Assembly (NCBI GenBank): GCA_021323375.2
Contig: JAJPCT020000026.1
Span: 8,877-40,876 of the forward strand
DNA from: Candidatus Wolframiiraptor gerlachensis
GTDB taxonomy: Archaea > Thermoproteota > Nitrososphaeria_A > Caldarchaeales > Wolframiiraptoraceae
Direction: 5' to 3'
Length of the DNA: 32,000 nt
The notes below the pieces were generated by a model. It was not told where the DNA came from and ran no database searches. It saw only the letters and a program-made list of their open reading frames with translations. Below are positions 8,385-15,646 of the stretch, one piece after another. Positions within the stretch are counted from its first letter, which is position 1. Every line of letters begins with the position of its first letter. The translations under genes were made by a program, and so were the position numbers.

Positions 8385-8413
8385 CGAGGTCCCGAATAAA
8401 TGCTTAGCTAGAG

Positions 8414-8806
8414 GTGATGGGCATGGATGAGGATCTAGAGCTTAGAGCGCTCAAGCTCAGGAAGCTTATGGAGCTCGCTTCCCTCAAGGCGAAAGCCACG
8501 GATGTTAAGAAGGAGGCGGAGAGGCAGTTGAGCTTCGAGGAGGCTCTTAGGATAGTTAGGGAAAATCTCGTGGATCGCGGGGATGAGGTGCTCGACGCGG
8601 CGCTTAAGCAGTATCCCGAGCAGACCAAGAAGATCGTGATGATCTTGGCGGAGAAGATAGTCAAGGGGGAGATCAGCCAGAAGATAGGAGGAAGCATGCT
8701 GATGAATCTCTTCGATTATCTCGGTATGCCTGTAAAACTGCGATCGCGGATACTCTATTATAAGAAGGGCGAGTATAAGTCAATCGAGGAATTATTGCGG
8801 TCCTGA
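8414..8806 (+). CDS. PDCD5/TFAR19-like dsDNA-binding protein (divergent)
   Basis: The N-terminal DLELRALKLRKLMEL and the overall helical layout resemble archaeal PDCD5 homologues (ELEELKRRKLMELQ...). The real start is possibly ATG 8423, downstream of a GGTGA SD-like element. Confidence 0.5.
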   Translation: MMGMDEDLELRALKLRKLMELASLKAKATDVKKEAERQLSFEEALRIVRENLVDRGDEVLDAALKQYPEQTKKIVMILAEKIVKGEISQKIGGSMLMNLFDYLGMPVKLRSRILYYKKGEYKSIEELLRS

Positions 8807-8859
8807 AAGCATAGGGCAAACTTTATAGTCAGGCGCGGATTTCGCCATTCGAGGTAAAA

Positions 8860-9267
8860 TTGTCGGGAGAATACCAGATTCCTGAAGGCTACTACTACAC
8901 GAGGGATCACATCTGGATCAAGCCCGAGGACGGCGTAGTTACCCTAGGCGTGACTGATTATGGTCAGAAGAAGCTTAGGGATGTTGTTCACATCGAGTTG
9001 CCGAGCATAGGCCAGTCCATCGAGGAGGGTGAGACGCTCGCGGTGATAGAGTCCATCAAGGCATCAGTCGAGATACATTCACCGGTCTCCGGTAGGGTTG
9101 TTAAGGTAAATTCCAAGCTTATAGATAACCCGGAGCTGATAAACGAGGATCCATATGGCAGCGGCTGGATAGTGAAGATAGAGCTGGCCGAGGAGCTGAG
9201 AACCGAGGATCTAATGGAGGCCGATGAATACTCTAAATACATCGAGGACTTAGAGGAATCTGTTTAG
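8860..9267 (+). CDS. gcvH: Glycine cleavage system H protein / lipoyl carrier
   Basis: YTRDHIWIK, the lipoyl-lysine motif VIESIKASVEIHSPVSGRV, and DPYGSGWI are present. The start is TTG. Confidence 0.9.
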   Translation: MSGEYQIPEGYYYTRDHIWIKPEDGVVTLGVTDYGQKKLRDVVHIELPSIGQSIEEGETLAVIESIKASVEIHSPVSGRVVKVNSKLIDNPELINEDPYGSGWIVKIELAEELRTEDLMEADEYSKYIEDLEESV

Positions 9268-9274
9268 AAGGTCT

Positions 9275-9616
9275 GTGAAAATGGTGCTCGTCAGAGTTCA
9301 TAGGGTTTCGAGCGTGAGGGATCCTGAGACCGGCAGATATGGCAAGATGATAGAGCTTATAGAGGAGAAGCGTGTCCAAGCATCGCCTAGAATCCCCGGG
9401 GCGCCTGAGACGCTGATGATCCAGTCCATGTTACAGGATCTTGCAAGCTACTTCCAGTCTATGGGGCTTGCGCTCGCGCCGCCCGCGAAAACAAAGATGA
9501 TACTATTCCTAACTGAGGAGGAATATGAGATGCTTGGGGTAAAACTGGATGTGAATGAGGTCTATGAGCTGGTCTTCGAGAAGGGCGCTATAAGGTTCAG
9601 GAGCGCTTATGACTAG
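9275..9616 (+). CDS. Hypothetical protein (113 aa)
   Basis: The ORF starts 7 nt after the gcvH stop and has normal codon usage. I recognise no motif. An ATG alternative start lies at 9281. Confidence 0.5.
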   Translation: MKMVLVRVHRVSSVRDPETGRYGKMIELIEEKRVQASPRIPGAPETLMIQSMLQDLASYFQSMGLALAPPAKTKMILFLTEEEYEMLGVKLDVNEVYELVFEKGAIRFRSAYD

Positions 9617-10223
9617 CCCGCGCCCTTAATGTTTGGATGGCGTAAATCATCCTCCAGGCCACGGTAATCATCGCGAGCACGGCTATCAGGATCATGGAGA
9701 TCTCTAGAGCCTGCTTGATGAACGGCGTTATGATTGACGCGATGATTAGTAGTATTGTGCGCTCCGCCCGCTCCATGAACCCCACCCCCTTGAGATTTAC
9801 TCCAAGGGGCTCAGCCCTATGTCTTACATAGCTAACCATGAGTGATGATGTTAGGGCGAATGCTCCCCAGAAGGCGCTGACGGCCCCCGAGGCTATGATC
9901 GCCACATATATCGCTGCCTCACCCAGCTTATCGAAGACCGAGTCTAGGAATGCGCCCAAGTCGCTTGTCATCTTGAGTCTCCTAGCAACAGCCCCGTCCA
10001 CGGCGTCGAAGAACCCGGAGAGCGCTAGGAATATGACGGCGAGAAAGTAGCTCGCTGGGGCGACAGCTCCTAAATAATAGAATGCGGCTGAGGCCAGAGC
10101 GGTAATGAAGGCCAGAGCTGTTACGGCCATGGGCTTTATTCCGAGCCTGGACAACCTCTCTATGAAGCCCGCGGAAAACTTCTCGAAAACTTCCTCCTCG
10201 AGCTTACGCCTCCTAGACGCCAT
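9597..10223 (-). CDS. CDP-alcohol phosphatidyltransferase (archaetidyl-serine/inositol-phosphate synthase type)
   Basis: The signature D-G-x2-A-R-x8-G-x3-D-x3-D is seen as DAVDGAVARRLKMTSDLGAFLDSVFDKLGE. The protein is polytopic membrane, 208 aa. Confidence 0.88.
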   Translation of the reverse strand: MASRRRKLEEEVFEKFSAGFIERLSRLGIKPMAVTALAFITALASAAFYYLGAVAPASYFLAVIFLALSGFFDAVDGAVARRLKMTSDLGAFLDSVFDKLGEAAIYVAIIASGAVSAFWGAFALTSSLMVSYVRHRAEPLGVNLKGVGFMERAERTILLIIASIITPFIKQALEISMILIAVLAMITVAWRMIYAIQTLRARASHKRS

Positions 10224-10251
10224 CTCTCAAGCATTAGCTTGGAACCCCCCA

Positions 10252-10260
10252 ATTTTAAAT
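10252..10260 (-). promoter_or_regulatory. TATA box for the CDP-alcohol phosphatidyltransferase gene
   Basis: attttaaat is centred about 33 nt upstream of ATG 10223 on the minus strand. Confidence 0.45.
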
Positions 10261-10264
10261 CTCT

Positions 10265-10684
10265 GTGGAATTTGAGCAGCCCTTATATAGCGCCCCAAAT
10301 CATAACATGGTAATGATTAATAAAGAGCGGGTCAGGAGCAAGGTTATAGCGGCTCTAAGGGAAGCTTATGACCCCGAGATACCCGTGAACGTCTATGATC
10401 TCGGGCTAGTCTATGGAGTTGATGTTGATGATGAGGGTAATGTTGAGATAAGCATGACCTTGACGGCTGTTGGGTGCCCGATGGCCGGCCTCATCATCTA
10501 TAGGATTGAGGAGGAGGTTAGGAGCAAGGTGCCGGAGGCTAAGAGCGTCAAGGTCAAGCTGGTCTGGGAGCCCATGTGGAGCCCGGAGAGGATCACCCCC
10601 GAGGGCAGGGAGATGCTGAAGAAGCTCTATGGCTATGATGTCGTGGAGGAGTGGATCAAGAGGTATAAAGAGCTGAGAGTGTAG
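10265..10684 (+). CDS. DUF59/MIP18 (SufT-like) Fe-S cluster assembly protein
   Basis: LREAYDPEIPVNVYDLGLVYGV and TLTAVGCPMAG are present. The start is likely ATG 10307, because the TATA-like box at 10252-10260 sits too close to 10265. Confidence 0.85.
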   Translation: MEFEQPLYSAPNHNMVMINKERVRSKVIAALREAYDPEIPVNVYDLGLVYGVDVDDEGNVEISMTLTAVGCPMAGLIIYRIEEEVRSKVPEAKSVKVKLVWEPMWSPERITPEGREMLKKLYGYDVVEEWIKRYKELRV

Positions 10685-10746
10685 CGCGGTTCCTCATATT
10701 TAGAGATAGGATAAAGAACCGGCTTATCGGATGTTTAGAGCGTCTT

Positions 10747-11535
10747 ATGCCGCCGATATTCTGTGTTGTTAGCCTTGGTAGGGGTCGGGGTAAGACTAGG
10801 CTCATTGAGAGAATCGTGTCCGAGCTCTCCAAGCTTGGCGTGAGGGTTGCGACGATAAAGCACTCCAGAGAGAATGTTGATCTCGCGGACAAAGACTCTT
10901 ACAGGCATCTCGAAGCAGGCGCGATCGAGACATCAATAATCTCGCCATCCGAGCTCATCACGATTAGGCGCGCTCAAGCATCCTTAGATGATGCCATAAG
11001 ATCCCTCCACGTTGAGGCGGACCTCATACTCCTCGAGGGTTTCAAGGAATCGAGTTATCCAAAGATTCTCTGCGCCGAGGATGAGCGCGAGGCTGAGGAG
11101 GCGCTGAAGAGGATCTCGGATGTAAGGGCGATTATTCTAAGGTCGCCCGGATCCATGGGGGAGATTTCCGGGGTTAGGGTTATGGGTGAGGATGAGGTCC
11201 TAGAGCTCCTAAGGAAGAGCGTAATGGATTACTGGGTCGAGCTCATTCCAGGCCTGGATTGCGGTAAATGCAGGTATGGGTCTTGCCAAGGGATGGCTGA
11301 GGCGATTAGGCGCGGTGAGGCCATGATAAGGGATTGTGTCATGAGGGGATTATCTAAGGCCAGGGTGATCGTGGATGGTGTTGAGGTTCCGCTCGGGCCA
11401 TGGCCCCAGCAGCTTCTCCACAACCTCGTGAGGGCACTCGTTTCATCACTAAAACTTGGCGAACAAGCTCTCGAGAATGCTAGGATGATAGTGGTGGAGG
11501 TGAGGCTTGGGGGCGGGTCTTCTGGTGATGGCTGA
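10747..11535 (+). CDS. mobB: MobB-like P-loop protein fused to RnfB-type putative [4Fe-4S] domain
   Basis: The N-terminal part carries LGRGRGKT...VATIKHS...DLILLEGFK (MobB pattern). The C-terminal part LDCGKCRYGSCQGMAEAIRRGEAMIRDC parallels the RnfB N-terminal Fe-S motif CGxCGYxGCxxxAEAIxxGEAxIxxC. Confidence 0.75.
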   Translation: MPPIFCVVSLGRGRGKTRLIERIVSELSKLGVRVATIKHSRENVDLADKDSYRHLEAGAIETSIISPSELITIRRAQASLDDAIRSLHVEADLILLEGFKESSYPKILCAEDEREAEEALKRISDVRAIILRSPGSMGEISGVRVMGEDEVLELLRKSVMDYWVELIPGLDCGKCRYGSCQGMAEAIRRGEAMIRDCVMRGLSKARVIVDGVEVPLGPWPQQLLHNLVRALVSSLKLGEQALENARMIVVEVRLGGGSSGDG

Positions 11536-12308
11536 TGGCGGCGATACTTGAGGGCCTGCGCTTCCAGCCCGGCACGAGCTTCATCCACAGGCTTGACCCG
11601 AGGGTCAAGCTCCTAATATCCTCAACGCTCCTCATAACAGCCCTACTCTACTCTGAGATAACAGTCACAAGCATCGTGATCGCCGTTGAGGCAGCACTCT
11701 CAGCGGCTAGCAGAACCCTCAAGAGATGGGCTAGAACAGTCTATGGCGCCATACCCCTCATAACACTCGTCTTCGCGATGAACTATATCTTCCTATCGCT
11801 TCAGGCCGGAGCGTTCACAGATCCCGAGATAATCTATAGGAGCTTCGCGGCGGCCTATAGGCTGATAGGCTTCCTTGCATCATTCTCCATCTTCTTCCTC
11901 ACAACGACGCCGGAGGAGCTTGGGATGACCTTCACGAAGCTCAGGATACCATATATGTACTCGTTCGCTCTCATATCCGCGATAAGGTTCACGCCGGTGC
12001 TCGCTGAGGAGCTTCAGGCGATAATAGATGCGCAGCGGGCCCGCGGCCTAGAGCTCGATAAGGGAGGCCCGATAACCAGGATCAAGAGATACGTCCCAGT
12101 GCTGATCCCCCTGATAGTCAATGTTCTTAGGAGGAGCTATGAGCTCGCCGAGGCCATGGAGGTCAAATGCTTCGGCGCATCCGAGAAAAGAACATTTCTG
12201 AGAGAACTGAGGATGAGATCCATAGACTACGTGGTCCTCGTGATTACAGCCCTCTGCCTCGCGGTCTCGATATCCGCGCGGTTTTTCGTCGTTCTTCAAG
12301 TCCCTTAG
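11535..12308 (+). CDS. ecfT: ECF transporter transmembrane (T) component, EcfT/CbiQ family (orphan copy)
   Basis: The N-terminal FQPGTSFIHRLDPRVKL and the coupling-helix region AQRARGLELDKGGPITRIKRYVPVLIPL...AEAMEVKCFG are present. The start overlaps the mobB-like stop (TGATG). Confidence 0.88.
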   Translation: MAAILEGLRFQPGTSFIHRLDPRVKLLISSTLLITALLYSEITVTSIVIAVEAALSAASRTLKRWARTVYGAIPLITLVFAMNYIFLSLQAGAFTDPEIIYRSFAAAYRLIGFLASFSIFFLTTTPEELGMTFTKLRIPYMYSFALISAIRFTPVLAEELQAIIDAQRARGLELDKGGPITRIKRYVPVLIPLIVNVLRRSYELAEAMEVKCFGASEKRTFLRELRMRSIDYVVLVITALCLAVSISARFFVVLQVP

Positions 12309-12367
12309 AGCCTTGGAATGATGCCTAGGGGAAAAGCTTAATCCCGAGCTTGAGTGATAAAAATAAC

Positions 12368-12877
12368 ATGCTTGGGCTAGGTGGTGAGGTTGAGCTAGTA
12401 TCAGGCTTGATGCTTATAATCTTGGGGCTTGTGGTCGCGTTCTTCGGGAGGAAGCTCGCGAAGGCCGTCTTCTTCTTGATAGGTGGGCTTGTTGGGGCGC
12501 TTCTCGCCCTGCTGATATCGCCCATGTTCATCCCACCCCCATACACCTACATCGCCGCGCTAGTAGGCTTCGTTATAGTGGGCGTGATATTTCTCCTGCT
12601 CATGAAGTTCGGCGCGGGGATAATCGCGGGTCTCGCAACATTCATGCTCCTGAGAGGCATCGTTGACATACTCCTAGCGATAATCATCGCCCTGATAGTG
12701 CTGGTAATAGTGATTGTGCTCTTCGACAAGATCCTCTCAATCATAACAGCCCTCGTCGGCTCCCTGATATTCACGGCAGGGCTTCAACAGGCTGGAGTAC
12801 CATTGCCAGACTTCCTGCAGCTAGTCATAATAGCGATCATAACGATTCTGGGCTCGATAGTCCAGCTTAAGACCTAG
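12368..12877 (+). CDS. Hypothetical polytopic membrane protein
   Basis: The sequence is very hydrophobic, with about 5-6 predicted TM helices. The track ORF begins at TTG 12350. ATG 12368 sits about 28-30 nt after a weak TATA-like cttaat. Confidence 0.6.
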   Translation: MLGLGGEVELVSGLMLIILGLVVAFFGRKLAKAVFFLIGGLVGALLALLISPMFIPPPYTYIAALVGFVIVGVIFLLLMKFGAGIIAGLATFMLLRGIVDILLAIIIALIVLVIVIVLFDKILSIITALVGSLIFTAGLQQAGVPLPDFLQLVIIAIITILGSIVQLKT

Positions 12878-13421
12878 CCTTACCGAGGCTATAAGCCAGC
12901 TCAGCGGCTTCCACAGGATCATCTGTAAACCACGCCTTAATAATTCTGCGATGATCTAGGTAGCCATCTTCGCAGAATTCTCGGAGCCTATCCGAGGGAT
13001 AACCGGTCCTGGTCAATATTATCAGTGGCTTCGCATAGATATACGCGAGAAATGCCTCGATTATCGTCCCAGCGCCGCCGCCAAGTATCACCATCGAGCT
13101 ACAGCTCCTCGCGAGCGTTATGCTCCTCATCTGATATGTCATCCCGCTGAGAATCGGTATCACGTTGTACGGGCTATACCTAGGATGATCCTCGCCTATG
13201 ACCTCGTCCTCGACCGGTATAATGCCTATAGTCAGCCCGCCGCCCTCAACAAACTCCCTGCAAGCTATCCTCATCAGCCCACCATCACCACCACTCATCA
13301 AGATAACTTCATCCCTGTATCTTAGGAGGGCCCGGGCGAAGCTACGCGCCTTATCCGCCGCGGCCGATGGAGGATTAGGATCGCTCGAAGCCCCTATAGC
13401 TACTAGGATCCTTCTATTCAT
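12867..13421 (-). CDS. LOG/TIGR00725-family (SLOG, lysine-decarboxylase-like) protein
   Basis: SGGDGGLM and the LOG-type GGGAGTIIE motifs are present, in a Rossmann-like layout of 184 aa. Confidence 0.75.
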   Translation of the reverse strand: MNRRILVAIGASSDPNPPSAAADKARSFARALLRYRDEVILMSGGDGGLMRIACREFVEGGGLTIGIIPVEDEVIGEDHPRYSPYNVIPILSGMTYQMRSITLARSCSSMVILGGGAGTIIEAFLAYIYAKPLIILTRTGYPSDRLREFCEDGYLDHRRIIKAWFTDDPVEAAELAYSLGKARS

Positions 13422-13464
13422 ATCAGCTCAGCAGCCCTAAGTGGAAAATAAAGATGAGGAAGGT

Positions 13465-13866
13465 TTAGGTCTCTAGTTCCAACCGGATCTCCGGCTTTAT
13501 CCCCGCCTTCTCAAAGATTAATCCAACAGGACAGATCTCCATCGTCAGCTTCAGTGCCGTCTCAACCTCCTCCCTGCTCGCAGACGTCTTTATCCTAAGA
13601 ACCCCCCTGATATTCTCGATCGTCTTTTCTCCCTTCTCTCCCTCAAGCTCAACCCTCAAGCTTTGGTAGCTCAGCTTCCTCTTCCCGGCGACAATGGCGA
13701 AGATCGTCCCAATGCATCCGGCCAGGCTCATGAGTGCCAGCTCGAGGGCTGTTGGGCCTAGATCTTCGCCCCCCTGATCTCTTGGAAGATCCACGACAAC
13801 GCTATGAGCTCTACCATTATCCACAGCGCTCCTGAAACCGGATATCCAGACTGATACGGCCTTCAT
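13465..13866 (-). CDS. OsmC/Ohr family peroxiredoxin-like protein
   Basis: 133 aa with two conserved-position cysteines (LAGCIGT and EICPVG), typical of OsmC. Confidence 0.8.
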   Translation of the reverse strand: MKAVSVWISGFRSAVDNGRAHSVVVDLPRDQGGEDLGPTALELALMSLAGCIGTIFAIVAGKRKLSYQSLRVELEGEKGEKTIENIRGVLRIKTSASREEVETALKLTMEICPVGLIFEKAGIKPEIRLELET

Positions 13867-13893
13867 ACAAAATGGAGGTACCCTTCATATGGT

Positions 13894-13901
13894 AAATATT
13901 T
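13894..13901. promoter_or_regulatory. Palindromic TATA box AAATATTT, candidate bidirectional promoter
   Basis: It is a perfect palindrome lying about 32 nt from the osmC-like ATG (13866, minus strand) and about 30 nt from ATG 13928 (plus strand). Confidence 0.5.
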
Positions 13902-13927
13902 TTCGCGGAGGGAGGTTGTATTTGCTG

Positions 13928-14221
13928 ATGAGTGTTCGCGACAGGGTTAGGGCTATGCTTAAGGCGAGGCTGAAGGAGGTTGATGAGCGGATAAAGGAGG
14001 CCGTGGAAAGGTATAGGCGAGGAGAACTGGATCGTGAGAGCTATATCAGGCTGAGATGCGAGCTCGAGCTGGAAAAAGGAAGAAGGGTTCTAGAGAATCT
14101 TAGGAGGATGCTTGCGGGCCGCCGCTCACTCGCCGAACAACGGGACTCTTCCCAAGTAGTTCATCAGGATCCTCATGAGGTCTGTTCCACGTATTCTGCA
14201 GAGAGATCCACGAGCGCATGA
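13928..14221 (+). CDS. Possible small helical protein (97 aa); 3' third is antisense to apgM
   Basis: ATG 13928 lies 30 nt from the palindromic TATA AAATATTT, and the charged helical sequence MSVRDRVRAMLKARLKEVDERIKEAVERYRRGELDRESYIRL follows. The last 96 nt overlap the apgM 3' end, so the call is uncertain. Confidence 0.35.
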   Translation: MSVRDRVRAMLKARLKEVDERIKEAVERYRRGELDRESYIRLRCELELEKGRRVLENLRRMLAGRRSLAEQRDSSQVVHQDPHEVCSTYSAERSTSA

Positions 14222-15367
14222 GATCTCGTCAAACCTCTTGACATCGTCTCTCCGGACATCGGGGCCCATGATCGCGATGGGAACTGGGTCTCCTCTATGC
14301 TCCCCGACCTCGCTCGGCGTCGTGTGATCGCCGGTGATCGCGAGATAGTATTCCTCGGAGGTCACCTTCTCGACTAATGGTGTCAGCTCCCTCGAGATCC
14401 ACTCTATCACCTCAACCTTCTTGACGGGATTCTTGTCATGGCTCACGTTATCCGTTGCTTTCACATGTAGGAAGACGAGATCATAGCTGTCTAAGGCCCT
14501 TATAGCGGCCTCAACCTTCCCCCTAAGATTCGTGTTCACGGTCCCATTTGCCCCGGGGACTTGGATTAGGTCGAAGCCAACGGCCCTAGCGACTCCCTTG
14601 TATAATCCCCCGCCCGCGATCGCCGCGGCTCTTATGCCCCAAATCCTCGTGATCGGCTCTATCTTGGGGAGTGTTCCCGCTCCGCGGGGTAGGAGGATGT
14701 TCGCCGGGAGGAGGCCCCTCTTGACACGCTCTAGGTTCAACGGATGCTCCGCCAAGATCTTGCCAGCCTTCTCGAGAAATTCCCGAAGAGCCTTAGCCGT
14801 CCTCTCAGCCTCCGGGCTATCATCAAGGGGCTGTGGGACCGCGGGCTTTACACCAGCCTTATGAGTATCGACGTCGGAGACGCATCTAGAAAGCCCCTCA
14901 CCCCTGAGAACCAAAACTCCCCTATGCTCAGATGAGTGATGGAAGATCACTTGGACGCCGCTAACGCTCTCTATCCTTATATCCTTTAGAGCTTCTGCGA
15001 GCTGTCTAGCCTCCTCACTACTTATCCTCCCAGCTCTCCTGTCGATTACAATGCCATCATCGTTCACCGTTCCGAAGTTGCATCTAAAGGCCACGTCGCC
15101 CGGCTGTAGCTCGACGCCTACTCCAAGCGCCTCGAAAGCCCCCCTGCCCGGGTAACACGCATACGGATCATAGCCGAAGAGCGCGAGATGCGCTGTATCG
15201 CTTCCAGGAGGCTGGCCCGGCGCTATCACATCCATTATCCCGCACTCTCCCTCAGATGCTATCCTGTTAAGGGTGTCAGCCCTAGCTGCCTGAAGAGGTG
15301 TTAAGCCCCTGAGAGCCCTCGTGGGCCTATCACCCAACCCATCACAAACAATTAGAACAGCCTTCAT
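14126..15367 (-). CDS. apgM: 2,3-bisphosphoglycerate-independent phosphoglycerate mutase, archaeal type
   Basis: MKAVLIVCDGLGDRP, GSDTAHLALFGYDP, VFLHVKATDNVSHD and ITGDHTTP are present; 413 aa. Confidence 0.93.
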   Translation of the reverse strand: MKAVLIVCDGLGDRPTRALRGLTPLQAARADTLNRIASEGECGIMDVIAPGQPPGSDTAHLALFGYDPYACYPGRGAFEALGVGVELQPGDVAFRCNFGTVNDDGIVIDRRAGRISSEEARQLAEALKDIRIESVSGVQVIFHHSSEHRGVLVLRGEGLSRCVSDVDTHKAGVKPAVPQPLDDSPEAERTAKALREFLEKAGKILAEHPLNLERVKRGLLPANILLPRGAGTLPKIEPITRIWGIRAAAIAGGGLYKGVARAVGFDLIQVPGANGTVNTNLRGKVEAAIRALDSYDLVFLHVKATDNVSHDKNPVKKVEVIEWISRELTPLVEKVTSEEYYLAITGDHTTPSEVGEHRGDPVPIAIMGPDVRRDDVKRFDEISCARGSLCRIRGTDLMRILMNYLGRVPLFGE

Positions 15368-15394
15368 ACGTGCTAAAACCCTGTCTATGGGATG

Positions 15395-15402
15395 CTTTAA
15401 AC
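15395..15402 (-). promoter_or_regulatory. TATA-like box for apgM (leaderless)
   Basis: ctttaaac is centred about 31 nt upstream of the apgM ATG at 15367. Confidence 0.5.
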
Positions 15403-15426
15403 ATCAACCCCCGCCATGAATGTTGC

Positions 15427-15433
15427 ATTAAAG
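15427..15433 (+). promoter_or_regulatory. TATA-like box for the 59-aa Zn-ribbon ORF
   Basis: attaaag is centred 32 nt upstream of ATG 15462. Confidence 0.4.
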
Positions 15434-15461
15434 CTATCTAGGAGCCTTATCACAATAGCGC

Positions 15462-15641
15462 ATGGCCCATATGTGTCCCAAGTGCGGCGGCGAGATGAAG
15501 AGCTTGGTCAGGAGTCTCTCGGCAAGGGTCGGCCCATTCTCCGTTAAGAGCTTTCTCCCGGCAGAACTCCAAGAATATAACTCGATTGAAGTCAGGGTGT
15601 GTGCGGTCTGCGGATACATGGAGCTATATTGGCTCAGGTAG
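15462..15641 (+). CDS. Zn-ribbon protein (DUF2082-like predicted nucleic-acid-binding protein), 59 aa
   Basis: My own translation is MAHMCPKCGGEMKSLVRSLSARVGPFSVKSFLPAELQEYNSIEVRVCAVCGYMELYWLR*. It has CPxCG...CxxCGY pairs, and the ATG lies 32 nt after the TATA-like attaaag. It falls below the size cutoff of the supplied track. Confidence 0.65.
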   Translation: MAHMCPKCGGEMKSLVRSLSARVGPFSVKSFLPAELQEYNSIEVRVCAVCGYMELYWLR

Positions 15642-15646
15642 GGCGG

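Noticed and set aside
7958-8413. The AT-rich 456-bp spacer as a replication origin.
   Set aside because: I see no ORB or mini-ORB-like repeated boxes and no orc1/cdc6 gene adjacent. Only short, chance-level repeats (tctag, cctagg) are present.
13889-13927. The upstream ATG at 13889 as the start of the small plus-strand ORF.
   Set aside because: It lies just upstream of the palindromic TATA box (13894-13901), which would then fall within its first codons. ATG 13928 fits the leaderless spacing. The ORF itself remains low confidence.
15391-15404. An identical 14-mer gatgctttaaacat at 15391-15404 and 30075-30088 (a related cttaaacatc at about 16316).
   Set aside because: A single 14-nt match in 32 kb on two strands is within chance expectation. 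The shared core is simply the TTTAAA TATA-box consensus, not a repeat element.
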